Assembly: GCA_000182565.2 (NCBI GenBank)
Contig: KQ257460.1
Length of the DNA stretch: 64,000 nt
Reading direction: 5' to 3' (one strand)
Origin: Spizellomyces punctatus DAOM BR117
Lineage: Eukaryota
Below the pieces are notes generated by a model that was given only the letters and a program-made list of their open reading frames with translations, searched no databases and was not told the DNA's origin. Each line of letters begins with the position of its first letter. Positions within the stretch are counted from its first letter, which is position 1. The position numbers and the translations under genes were made by a program. This document shows, in pieces, positions 24,274 to 37,300 of the stretch.

Positions 24274-24832
24274 AGAATAGCGTATAATTCGATTAGCTAA
24301 CAGAATAGAATGGTTTCCGCCTGAATTTTTGGGGTATCCTGCCATTAGATGGCCTAGCTTAATGGCCTTGCAATATATGACAAGACAAGTCACTTAAATG
24401 AGAAGGCAGTCACTCGCATTGTTACTACTGGTTGGATTTGCCACGTACTTTCAATTGCACATCAGCGTCCTCGCTTTGTTTTTAGGATGGGACATATTAT
24501 AGCTCCCCTTTATCGGATGCCAAACACATCTCCCAGCTCATCTCGTTAAAGCTGGACTTTATGCATTATATACCTCACATATCTCACGGGCCCGACTTGT
24601 TCAATAAGTCGCCTATTCCGTATTCTTCGAAGTGAATTTTTGGTGCTAATGATCGACACGGTATTTTGTCCGAATTTCGGACACATCCCGACAAGAAACC
24701 TCCCACCTTAGAGAATCTGGTGTCGTTGATCAACTAGTTGCAAGCGCCCAGTCAATTCACTGCAATATAGCACTTGAGAAATTACGACATTGCAGTGTGG
24801 CGCGTTCCAAAGTAAACCGAGTACCGACACCT

Positions 24833-27800
24833 ATGAGCAGTAGGGATCCCCAGGAGGCCAACATCGCCGTGGTGGTGAGAGTAAGGTAAATGCCCGTATG
24901 AAAGCGAGTGATATGATAGCTGAGCCTTCATAACCATGCTCTCTCTCGCTCAGACCTCGCAACCAGAAAGAAATCAGGGAAAATAGTCCGATAACCGTTA
25001 CGACCAATGGCATCCGCGGGAGAGAATTGCATGTGAAAGCGAACCAGGCAGAAGCAGCGACAAAGACCTATTCCTTTGACAAAGTATTTGGTCCAGATGC
25101 CGGACAGGACCTTCTATTTGACGATGTTGTCGCTCCCATGCTTAAAGAGGTCAGATATGGCTCATGCTTGCGCTTGCGCTCAAGAAATAGCGGCGTAACT
25201 CTACCTGAACTAGGTTTTGATGGGTTACAACTGTACGATTTTTGCTTATGGTGCGTACTGAGCGAATGATGTTTGCCTGTTTGGAATGAAGAATATTCTC
25301 TGACCATGATAATCTTAGGCCAGGTAATCAATCACCAGCGTCTCCAATAGGAGGTATCCCAATGTTTTCGACTGACCGTCTCTGATGCCGTACAGACGGG
25401 CACAGGCAAAACATATACGATGGAGGGGGATTTGGCCACAATACGAGGGGAACATGCTGGTATTATTCCTCGCACCCTATATTCACTTTTCAACACACTT
25501 GAGTCCGGAGATGCTGGCGAGTATTCGGTGCGCGTATCGGTACGTAGTTCCACGCTGGAATTTATATCTTCGTATTCTCACGAAGGCACTAGTTCATAGA
25601 GCTGTACAACGAAGAATTGAAGGATCTTCTCTCTTCGGAGGAGGACTTTCGCAAGCTTCGAATATTTGAGGATTATAACAAGAAGGGCTCGGTTGTAATT
25701 CAAGGGGTTGAGGAAACTCTCGTGAAAAACGCCGCGGATGTCATAGCGGTGCTCCAAAGGGGCTCAAATAAACGACAGATTGCTGCCACAAAGATGAATG
25801 AAGTCTCTAGGTATTAACAACACGCTTTTCATTTCTTTGCAGCTGATACACCAAACTCATCCTTAAGTCTACAGTCGATCTCATTGCATCTTTTGTATTA
25901 CTGTACATATCAAGGAAACTACCCCTGAAGGAGAAGAGCTTGTCAAGGTATAGCCCTTGCATGATATAGGATTTAGTACCACATCATTCATCCGTGCTAT
26001 GCAGGTCGGGAAGCTCAACCTCGTGGATTTGGCTGGATCTGAAAATATTGGTCGATCCGGCGCCGAGAATCGCCGAGCTAAAGAAGCGGGGATGATCAAT
26101 CAGGTAAGAAAGCCAGTAGCACAGATGGTTTTATTCAAGTTATCTCACCGGTATCAGTCACTACTCACTCTCGGGCGGGTCATCAATGCACTGGTGGACC
26201 GGAGTCCTCATATACCATATCGGGAGAGCAAACTGACTAGGCTACTACAGGATTCACTTGGTGAGCAATGCTGAATTCTTCGGTTACCTGTCCTTGTTAT
26301 TTAACGTGTTGCATTATGTGCAGGTGGACGAACCAAAACGTGCATCATTGCCGCAGGTATATTCGGAGCCGCCTGGATCCAGCTGCGCATGGGAGACGGT
26401 TCACTAATTTCATCGCCGTCTTCTTTCTATACCCTATTCAGTTTCACCCGCCAAATGCAATATTGAGGAGACGATGTCGACCTTAGATTATGCACACCGT
26501 GCGAAGAATATTCGCAATAAGCCAGAAGTCAATCAGAGGATGACCAAGCGCGCGCTCCTCCGTGATTATGAAGATCAAATTCAGAGACTGAAAGCCGATT
26601 TAACGGTATAGACACTTCTAAATGATCCATTTATCATCTGTTCCAGAAAGTAGTGACTTTTGAAGTTTATTAGGCTACTCAAGCTAAGAATGGCATTTAT
26701 CTCAGCCATGAGGTATGACGCGCCTTTTGTAATTTCAAGATAATGACAGCAGCTGATAAATTGTCATGCATTAGAACTATACGGCAATGATGGCTGACAA
26801 TCAAAGCAACAAAGAGAGAGTTGAAGAACTTTCCAAAATGATCTCGGGGAAGGAACAAGACTATAAACATCTCAATCTTCAACTCCAACAAAACCTAGCC
26901 TTGCTTAGCAAGACAACCACGGAGCGTGATTCCACCATGGTACTATTGAAAGTGCGAGGAGAAACGATTGCCATACTCTAACACTCCTTTTCTTAGGCCG
27001 AGCTCGATGTAAAAAGAAAGGAGTTAGAAGATAGGTTCAATGAGCTGAGAGCCATACAGCAAAGCCTTCTAGAGCAGAAGCTGCTTACTGGGTGAGGTTT
27101 GGGTAATGCGTATATCGCAGCTATGGATACGTATATGAATTCTGAATTCGTCCGCCTAGAGCTCACGCTGACACAGAGAAGCGACTGGACAAATTGGCAG
27201 CAGGATTGGTCTCAACGTTGAAATCAAGTATATCCGATGTGGAAGGGTTGCACCAAAAATTAGGTACGATTCAAAAGAACGCAGTGCGAATCTTATGGGA
27301 GCTCATCCCAAATGCCCAGAGCGCAAATCTGCCGTGGAGAACGAAAATATGAGACTTTTTCAAGACTTCCAAAATGGCCTTCTCACCCAAATGGCCGAAT
27401 TGGATGATCGACTAGGTCGCTTGAATGAGGAGGCAATAACATTCTGCCAGAATATCAGTTCAGAAATAGGCGATTACTCTGAACGGCAACGCAAGGTGTG
27501 CTAAAGGATGTTTCTCGGCCAACTGGATGATACCTTACAATTCTTGAAAAGCGAATGTCTTCTCAAAAGGACGACCTCCATGCTTACTTAGAGGGTATCC
27601 TCTCTAAAAGCGAGACCATGACGTCCGGCCTCAGCGAGCTCGACTCTACTTTGGCCCAGCAGTTGGGGGAAATATCTGAGCTGACAAGGTCTCTGAAGCT
27701 TGCAATACTTGAGCGTGAGCGTAAGTCGCGCGAGGTGCACAGCGACTTATTCAATTCACACAAGGACTTGGTGATCCAACATCAGAAGCAGGTGAGATGA

Positions 27801-29429
27801 TGAATACCCATGCAATGGAGGGCATGGCGCCTTGACGATTGCAGGAGAGGATCATTGTTGACACGAATTGGACTAGGTGGGCGAATGGAATGCATCCATG
27901 AAAAAAAAGATGTCTCAAGTAATGGACGTGGTCAAAGCCCACATAGAAACGGAAGCTGCATACAGCATGCGCATGCAGCAGTCCGTAGAGGAGAGTATGC
28001 AGAAAGAGGTATCGAATCTGTTTGTCTGGAAAATTTCAGAAAACCCTGTCAATAATCGATTCTGTACTTGACGTAGATTGCCACTCTACGGCTCCAAAAT
28101 CAAAAGCTTCAAGAGCAGCTTGCTGACGAGCGGCGGAAGGCGGCAACGGCGGCCGACGGATTACTTTCTAACATTGCAAACCTGGTCTCACGCTATAAAT
28201 CGGAGCGCGAAGAATGCCTGCTAGCAGTTGAAGAATCATCCACGCAAGCAATGAAAAATCATGTGCAAGCTTTAGATTCCTTTATTGAAGGAACCAAGAC
28301 TGCCTGTGCAGCGGGTGGAGCCAGTCGGGATGGGTTCATGGATCAGTTGGCGAATGACATTACTGACTTTGAGCAGGAAGCGGTGTCCGAAGCTGAGGTA
28401 TGCACCTGCTTGCAAATCGGCTCATGAGTAGCATCTGATCTTGTATAACTTGCTATTTCAGAGTCTGGATGTGACGGTTAGAGGGTTCCTCGAACAGTGC
28501 TCCATAATTGAAAGCTCAGTTGAAGATACCCTAAGTTCAACGACCGCTGCTGTAGTTGACTCCATGGAAAAGCTCGAGTCCGCGCATCAAGCAGGTTGCT
28601 AACACATTACGTGGCAGGCATGGTCGTAGAATTACTAACGTTTGTGCATCTTTGCTTAGTACATACTATTGCTGAAGAACAACAGGCGAAACAAACGCAG
28701 CTTGTTGACGAGCTGCAAGCTGACACCAAGGATGCCTTCAATACAATGCAGGAATGGATGGGAGGGTCAGGCGACCAATTGGCGGAGTACGTAGATACCT
28801 GGGAAGAGAAGGTACATGTTACTCGTGAGCGGCAATCAAACGAATACCCCTGCTAACTTAGGATTTTCAAGCGGAATGAACATCTCCGCGCAACAGAAGA
28901 ACTCCGCTGCGCCATAGGAGAAAAAGTCCAGCAAGCCCGAAGCGAGATTGTATGCAATAGGCTGGCCGAAGATGAGCCAACTGGACAAACACCACGCAAA
29001 AGGACATTTAGGTTCGTCAAGGCTTATCAGATGTGATATGCGGAGGCACTCATGTCGGCTGCCCATTACAGATACGCCACCAGCTGGCACATAACACGAA
29101 ACCATGATGATATACTGCGCGAATACCGGGAAAATGGTCGGATGGTTAGCCCAACTACCACCTCACGATCGTACGAGGATGCACTGGAAGCGGATGGCAC
29201 GAACGCTACAAACAATAGGGCAGATGATGCTCTTTGGGAGGACCGGCAGTATCCGTGGGACAAGGAAAATGGGGAATCAGGGCTAATCGAGGCCAAAGAC
29301 AGGGCAGACATGAATGTATTTGGTACGCCAAGGGCAGGAAGTAAACTGCCTCGCACGAAGAGCCGTCTTGGAAACAGAAAGAGCACGATGGAGTCTCCAT
29401 TGAAAGGCATGGAGAACATACAGCAGTGA
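24833..29429 (+). CDS. Kinesin-5 (BimC/Cut7/Eg5 family), many exons
   Basis: [60 protein letters not shown]; BimC box PTGQTPRKR at about 28978-29004. Confidence 0.93.
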
Positions 29430-29547
29430 AAGAGATATGTTCATGATAGAAAGTATGAACAGGACCCGAATGGTCAATATTTACTAACATAAAAGAAGGG
29501 ATGTATATACATAGTAATTGCCTCTGAGTTGAACCTTGGCTTAATTA

Positions 29548-30942
29548 TCAAGAGTGATAAGAAGCTATCCGGCGCTTTTTACTTCTTCGCGTCGTGAGGG
29601 AGCAATCGTCGCCTTCGCCGAGATTGCCCGGACGCGGTGTGATTTTTGGTAGCTTGTTGTGCATGTCAAGGATTTGGGATTCTGTATATCCATCCAGAAG
29701 AAGTTGCTCGATCTTCCTGTCTAGGCCATTTTTATCAGGGGTATCTTCCGTGGCACTGTCATCTGAATCCCCGTTCTCGCCTACGTCTACCTCCTCGCCG
29801 GCAAATAAGCGATGCACGCGTACTTTTGCCTTTTCGATATGTTGCTGCAAATCTGTTCGCTTATGCAGGCTCTCACAGAAGGAGGGTGGGTTCATGACCT
29901 CGTTCAATTTACCCGAAATTACAGACTCTCTTGATGAAGGTGGAAGCTCATAGGTTTCTTTCAAGACAACATGGCTTATCAAGTCTCTCAATGACCTGTG
30001 AAGTGTTTCCATTCTTAGGTCTTCAAAGAAAGGAAAGCTTTTCCCACATTTTATGAGTAACTCCACGAGTTCTCGATATCTTCTGTGTAGGGTTTTTTCG
30101 CTTATATCCACAGAAGAAGCGGCGGACTGATATACAGATGGCGGCGCTTTTCGCCGCAGTACAGCTTCGTACGCTAGACACCCCGCCGCTGCGACTGTGC
30201 TAGCTGGTGTCCTTCCTTGGTCTAACCCGCTGCACTTGGCAAAGCGCAGTAGGGAGAGAGTGTCATCTCGATAGCTATTCGCAAGTTCACTGTTGTTCGG
30301 AGCCATCGCTTCGCATACTTTGGGGACGTATATTTCAACGCTAGGTAGCGTAGGGGAGTGGAAGTCATTCACAGCTTTCATTTTTTTTATCGATGCACCT
30401 ATACTTGCATTGGGGACATCCAACACATGCTGCAAAAGGATTAGATTAGTTAAGACGGCCGACGATAAGGCTGACTGGTCTCCACTTACAGCCACAGTAT
30501 TTAAAGTCAATGGAAGCTGTAAGTCTCGGCTGACAACGCAAATACATGCCCCCAAGAGCGACAACGAAGCCATCCCGAAGCGTATACCGAGGCGGGTTTT
30601 CATACTCCAAAACAAGGTGGAAATTCGCTCAGCGTATGCGGACAGTTTAAGTTCGTGAAGATAATTTTGTAGGGCTCTTTCAAAATCGAGCTCCTTGCTA
30701 TTCTTCTTGTAGTGCTCCAGCTGCCTTAATGCATGGGACTGACCCTTTCTGACCGTAATGCCTGCAATCCCATCCTTTGTGAACACTTGAAAGCTGTCGT
30801 TTTGGACCAACGGGACTTGCGCAAGGACGTGACCGCAGTTCGTACACACAAGGTTCTCTTGGTCGTCCACATCTGCATGAGGTGCGGAGCAGCAGGTAAG
30901 CGTTTGCGCTGCCGGTGACAACCCTGACCCCTCTCCCTGCAT
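29548..30942 (-). CDS. TFIIB-related factor, Brf2/PTF2-like (zinc ribbon plus two cyclin folds); probable in-frame intron at about 30431-30490
   Basis: LVCTNCGHVL ribbon; GACICVVSR...PLTL; GRTPASTVAAA; NPPSF; about 445 aa. Confidence 0.75.
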   Translation of the reverse strand: MQGEGSGLSPAAQTLTCCSAPHADVDDQENLVCTNCGHVLAQVPLVQNDSFQVFTKDGIAGITVRKGQSHALRQLEHYKKNSKELDFERALQNYLHELKLSAYAERISTLFWSMKTRLGIRFGMASLSLLGACICVVSRDLQLPLTLNTVAVSGDQSALSSAVLTNLILLQHVLDVPNASIGASIKKMKAVNDFHSPTLPSVEIYVPKVCEAMAPNNSELANSYRDDTLSLLRFAKCSGLDQGRTPASTVAAAGCLAYEAVLRRKAPPSVYQSAASSVDISEKTLHRRYRELVELLIKCGKSFPFFEDLRMETLHRSLRDLISHVVLKETYELPPSSRESVISGKLNEVMNPPSFCESLHKRTDLQQHIEKAKVRVHRLFAGEEVDVGENGDSDDSATEDTPDKNGLDRKIEQLLLDGYTESQILDMHNKLPKITPRPGNLGEGDDCSLTTRRSKKRRIASYHS

Positions 30943-32267
30943 TGGGGTCGGGACATCTACTGCGAACGATAACCAGTGGAGGTCACCACGATCGTGTGGC
31001 TTAGCATGAAAATGCGCGTTCAGTTTGACCGCTGGTTTGCAATTGAGGATTGCTGAACATGAGATCTCTCCTTGCTGGTGTTGTCTTCTTCGGCCTAACA
31101 TTACAGGCCCTAGCCGCGGGTCAAGCATCCTTCGTAATTGAGGATGAATTCAAATGGGTATCCTGCTCAAGTGTGATAAAATTGGCTCACAAGACCGGCT
31201 GTCGACTTCACTCGGTAGATAGATAACGTTCTGTTGTGGCCGAAATCCGAACCTTGAGCTTACCACTTAATTACGAGCAGCACGCAATAACTTACGGAAC
31301 CGGGAGCGGGCAACAAGCTGTTACATGTAATCCGGCGGCAGACAACACAGATGACTACTTCTGGGTGCAAACCGGGTTAGGAAGCCCTCGGTGCAAGCGA
31401 GGGTGAGAATGCAGCGGCAGCTTGACAGTCAGAGCCGTCTGCTAATGGCTTTTATTAGGCAAGAAATCCCATGTAACTCTATCGTGCGCTTGATGGTTTG
31501 CATATGTCCTTTGTGACGCACGTTGCTCGTTGATTCCCTGCTCATTCCGTCCGCGTTTCTGCCAGCACCTAAACACAAAAAAATATCTCCACAGCCATGC
31601 AGGACATGCTTCCCCATTTACCCGCAACCAGGAAGTATCTGCCTTCGATGGCACAGATAAAGGTGGGTGTGGAAGTAGGGAAGAGCAGAGCAACCGTGGT
31701 GCATTGCTGATGTGGTTTCAATAGGAGACAACTGGAAACTGATATGCGTCAATAAGAATGACAAGTTCTGGACTCGAGAAAGCCCAATCCGATTAGGTAG
31801 GCCTTCGTGACTTACATCCAAAGAGTGATGCATGACATAATAGTCTTCCAGTGCACGAGGAGACAGGCAAATATCTTAGCGCGTCGCCACAACATATTTA
31901 TAGGGTCAATCCACCGGGACAGGTGGAGGTCAGTGGGCTCGGTGCTGCGAGTTCAGATGACATCTGGACTGCTCAAGAGGGTATTTATTTTGGCGCACCC
32001 GAGTGAGGAGTATACACGAATCAGCCAGAACGGCTTCAATCTCATTGACAGCAGCATCTATCTGTTTAATCCGCTTTGGCACAAAAATATGAGTCCTTGA
32101 AACAGTTTGCAGCACTTGGCATGGGAGCCATCGCAAAAACTTGTTAATACAATTTTGATTCACCAACTTGTTGTTGATCACATCGAAAACGTGTACACCC
32201 AAGAAAGAAATCCCCACATCATATGACAGCAAATTAGCGGATGAGCACCTATTTAAATTGCGCTGTC

Positions 32268-34139
32268 CTATGACTGAAACAGGAACAAATTGTTCGTTGC
32301 TGCTAGCGCAATGGTGTTTTCGTGTGGATGCCACGATGCGTGAAGGATCTTCTTAGAGAAGTCCGCGGCCTCACCATTGGCAATATCCTCCTGTCGCTTT
32401 TTACTACCGAAACCACCTACGGCTGCCTTATTCTTGGTAGATCCAATTTTCTTGGCCTTGAACGCGCTCTTGTCTGCTTGTAGTACAATATCGTTCTTAG
32501 TTGCGCGATCGTATATATGGAAATAGTTGTTGTACGACCCTGTGAGAACGGATCTTCTCCGAGAAATGTCATCAGTAAATAATATGCAATGTGTACCCAG
32601 TCACTGGTCAAAATGTTAACGTACGATCCGTCCCCGCTGAACGTGCATTCGAATTTGTCAAAGATGCAGTCATTTTCGTATAAATCGCAAAGCTTGCTTC
32701 GTAGATGGTCGTGGATATTTATGGTTTGAATAGGCTTGGTTTCCATATTCATGTCCCAGACTTTCAAGGTAAGATAGTCTCGGGAGAGGATATAACGTCC
32801 ATCGTGCGAAAACTTCAAATCGGATATTGATGAGATGATTTCGGAGAAGAAGGATTTGTTATGGGGGTCCTCTTCTTCCTCAAAGACTGCGGATATAAAA
32901 GGGTCAAACCGTATTCTCAAGACTTTCATGACGATGCGTAGTTATCACATACGTTTGGAGTAATTGTCGCAGAGCGCCGCTTGTCGCATGTCATTCAACT
33001 TAATTGTTCCCTTACTGCTGCTGTATACAAATAAATTACAGTGACTCGGATGAAACTCCGCTGTAGTGATGACCTCCGTCAACTCTTCCATATTTACAGG
33101 TTTGATATCGACGATATCTAAAAAGGGAGGAAAGTGAGAGTGAAGGACATAACACAGATGTTGACAGTAGTGACGATGTTCAATGGTTCACAATATACAG
33201 AGCATTAGCAAAGGATACTGAAGCTTTGGTCCGATACATTGAGATTCCAGAGGTTGATCCGCAAATCGTCTGAAGACAGGTAGGTCTCTCCGTCAGAATT
33301 GACAGAAATGGAGTTGATATGGTAGGCATGGGCGTTCTGATAGATCTTTCGCGGAATAGCAGCAATCATCGTGTCGTGGTGTATAAGCCTGGGTAGCTTG
33401 AGGCTTGACTTGCTCATGGGCACCCGAGACGGAGTTATATCCGTGGGGAGATTAGTTTCCGACACCACTTTTAGAGACTTCTCAAAAACCTTCCAGAGCT
33501 TGATCGTTTTATCTATCAAGTCACATCGTAAAAAACGCCGCGTTTCGCTCAACTGAACAAACGGAAAGTGCAGTCGATAATACCATTGGTCGAAAGAAGG
33601 AAGTGTGCAGCATTCTGTCGCTTGCACCACCTGATTTTGTTGATCTTCTCTTCGATTTCTAAACTTTTCAAGTAATCGAATTCGGGTTCATGCGACTGGA
33701 ACTCCGTGTAAAACTTATATTCACAGCCCTTTTTCTGCAAAAAATTTTAGGCTCAGTGGTAAGGACCGGAAGATGTGCCCCCACTCACTCCTTCATTCCG
33801 TTCAAATAAAACTATCCGCCCTCCCTTATCACCAGTGGCCAGGAAATCTCCGGACATGTCAAACTCCACCGCCGAGATGATATCAGCTGTAAGGTGCAGG
33901 TTAATGAATGTTCAATCGCGTAAGTCATCGGCTATCCGCTGTCGACATTTGTCCAGTAAAGCCCATCAAAAAATCCCACATTCATTGTGTATATCAATCG
34001 GTATTGTTGCGAGGCTGGCACGAATCACAACACAAGGTGGTAGAAGTTCATGCACTTGCTTACCTTCTGTCACATCATCCACGTCTCCCTTGTCACCAAA
34101 ACACTGCGCGAACCTCCAGCTGCTTTCGGAGTCCGCCAT
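32268..34139 (-). CDS. CDC55: PP2A regulatory subunit B55 (Cdc55/PPP2R2)
   Basis: [70 protein letters not shown]. Confidence 0.97.
33118..33218 (-). other. U12-type (minor spliceosome) GT-AG intron in CDC55
   Basis: 5' splice site GTATCCTTT; branch-like GTCCTTCAC at 33148-33140; splicing restores QSF-N-IVDIKP. Confidence 0.85.
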
Positions 34140-34390
34140 GGTATTCTTCTATGCAGGACTAGTTGAGCGCGAAAAAGTGCAAGTGCTCTGCAGTTGAACT
34201 GCTTTTCTATATGCGGGTGATGGCAAAATCGTAGCGGACACTGCTGTTTTCCTTGTCTGGACAGGCGTTTCATTGATGGAGTGAGCCCTGTATGGAATGC
34301 ACTCCAATGCGGTTCCATGAGCTAATGAAGATGACATAAGCGCGATCCTTCATGAGTTCTCCAAGATTGCGACAGTTGGTAGAGCGGAGG

Positions 34391-37300
34391 ATGGATCCGA
34401 ACAGTCGAGTAAGGTGAGGAGATGCTGTGTTTTAGATGTCCTGTGGTCAGTTTTTAACTAATACGGCTGATCAAAGGGCGGAGAAAGCGGGGAGAGAACT
34501 GCAGACTGTTATAGGCCTTATACCGGGGAATTTAGGGAAGGACGACACTTTTTCGACAACACAGAAGATCCCCATTGATCCTTCGGCCAGTATCACCAGG
34601 TGGTAATGCGGGATATGAACTGGAGTTCATTCAAACGTCCCTGATGCCTTTCGCTGATCTCTACTCTTCAGTGTAGGGAAGGCGATCATCCCTAAAGTTA
34701 GCCATTTACGACCTGCTGGTATAAGGCATCAAACATTACCACAGCTTCATTCCTTGGTCCCGCCAAAGCGGAAAATCGTCACGCAAAGGACTAAACCCGT
34801 CAACGTACAACAACACTTTGACAATATTGTGCTGCACGATGACCGGAAAAGGCAGTTCATGCTTACCAGCGGCAGCGCACCACAACATGCACCATCACCC
34901 TACGCAATTGAGAGCAAGGCCGTTGAGGACACACAAGGGATTTCTCCCTCGCGAATTCCTTCCGCAGCACCGATGAGAGCCCAATCGCCATCGTTGCCGA
35001 CGACCTTCGGTCGTGCTATAACTGGACGACTGCCAGGAGGACTGGTAGGAGAACGCGAGCAAGGAATCAGCTCCGCCAGCCTAGATGTCATGCTGGTTGG
35101 ACATAAAGTTGACTCACGTTTTACTCCTCCCTCGGAGGAATTGGCGTTCGATAAAAACGAGGACCGTCCAGATTCGAGATCGTCACAATATGGCTTTACC
35201 AGTGAAAGCGTATCAGATTTCGAACCTGTCGACACTCAAATTCCGGTTAGCTTAGATCCCGTTATTGTTGGCGAAACACGACAGACTGTAGACTCCTCAG
35301 ATGAAATGGAGGATGCTTTGCCTTTCACTTCTATTGACGAGGTTGATAATGTGATAAAGAAGTACGCCGCAATCATTGAATCTCGCATACGCAAATTACG
35401 GGGGGAAGCAGTCACATCCGAATCTTCCACATTAGCGTTGGATTCAAGTGAGCTGGAAAGAGCAAGTGAGCCGGACGTCCCTGCAACGTCTGCCATGAGT
35501 ACGCTGACATTCCTCAATGGAGCCGCACGTACATGTCCTCACTATTTTAACCTTTTTCCCGTAGGCTTCGAAACGGCAATGCCACCTGAGGAAGTCACGT
35601 CGCGAATCGCGATGCGCATACCCTCTGTAATTCCCGAAAGAACAGAACCCATCCGACTTTTTGGTAACGAAGAGACAGAAATGAAAGCTTCGCCGAATGC
35701 AGAAGAAGTTCGGCCAGTGATTGAAGTGTCCATACCCCCTCCAGCGCACGCAATAGACAGGGTCATCGGGGAGGCGAAAGGCGACATGCAAGATTCAACT
35801 ATGGTTGAGCTCATTGAAAATGAGGATAGACCGGCTTCAACTAACCAGGACCATGCAGAAAATGGACAACCACCGGCAGCAATCAAAGGAGCTGTTACTT
35901 TCGTCGACGACGTTGGCGGGGAAACTGACATAAGTCAAAGACAATCGGCGACCCCTCGTCCCGACTCTGGGGAACTGGGGTTTGCATCTGGTTAGGCTCG
36001 CTGTTCAGTATATGCACTTTTATCGCTTAAGCTCAGGTATACCGCCATCCTGTCGTCATCATAGGAATGAATTCCGCAATCCGTGATAGTATGGTTGTCA
36101 CCAGTCTACAAGCACTCATCGCAAATCAGCAACGCAAGCGTCGCAAAATAGATAACGCTACTCCATCGGTTGATGTGAATCAAATAGGATTTCCTTTCGC
36201 AAAGTACTATGCACCGGTCGGGCGGGATACCGAGGTAAATACGAAACTGATCAATCTAATCAGAGACGAAGTCCTGGAGGCCGAGTAAGTAGTGTTCTTC
36301 CTTTATGTCTAGCATCTGTAGTGGAATCTTATATTGCTTTAAGTGCACTAATCCAGAGCAACATGAGGTATCCGATGCGGCAAAACCACCAAGCATTGTG
36401 GAGCGAAACCCAAAGTCGAGAGGAGCAAGCAATGAGGGAGATCCCTGATCCTTTCTCGGGCGAGGATGCGACAACTTTGGAGGTTCGGCTAAACATTGCT
36501 TCAACGTTGCATGTGCTATGTTAACAAGGAGCCGCCACCTAGCTAGAAGGCCGTCCAGTTGTAATCAAAAAAACTGCGGTGGGTGCGGGATCCATGTCGA
36601 TTGGAATGAACTGGGCACCTGCACCACCAACCCTTTCTATACCATCGAGATTATCCCGCTATATACCAAAAGGCGGTGTCGCAATACGAAAAGTATGTTA
36701 CGATGGGTGTGCAAGATTATGTCGCTTGCCTGCCTCTTGGACTAACACACATAACAGGATGCTCCATCTAGTCGGATACGGAAGGAGCCCAGAATTTCTT
36801 ATGATGATATTGCACGAGCGGGTCTGCTGAACACATCGCGACGGATGGAGCTCTCCACCGCTCTGCCTTCGTCAGATATTCCTGCAACCTCTTTACATTC
36901 TACAGAAGATAACTTCTCTGACAGCTTGGCGAACGAGATGGCCGCATCATGGGTACACCCAGGAGCACTGTACACTCCTGGGCCATTCAAGAGTTCATCG
37001 GTCATGGAGGAAACGGGCAGTGCAAGTCCTGTGCCCGTATCAGGTTCGCTCTCAGTAAATGTTGACTCCAATCAGCCGCCACCTGCGGCCCAGGTCCCAG
37101 CGCAAGAGTCGGGACTGAATAGCACAACTAGAACACCCAGTCCTCCTCCAATAAGACATGTCCATGAGCAGCACACATTACAGCGTGACAACGAGGAGCT
37201 CTCATCATTATCAACCATTCAGCTTCATCTGAGTGACGTGGAACCTTATCAAGTGGCAGAGGGGGTCGTGACAAGCCCATTACAGGATGATAACCTGCTG

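Noticed and set aside
30943-31128. N-terminal extension of the TFIIB-like ORF
   Set aside because: The zinc ribbon normally lies at the N-terminus, so the ATG at 30942 is the more plausible start
31130-32260. Hairpin (ccctcg...cgaggg at about 31385-31404) and short ORFs as an ncRNA or gene
   Set aside because: Only short stems, with no tRNA/snRNA motifs; probably CDC55 3' UTR and promoter sequence
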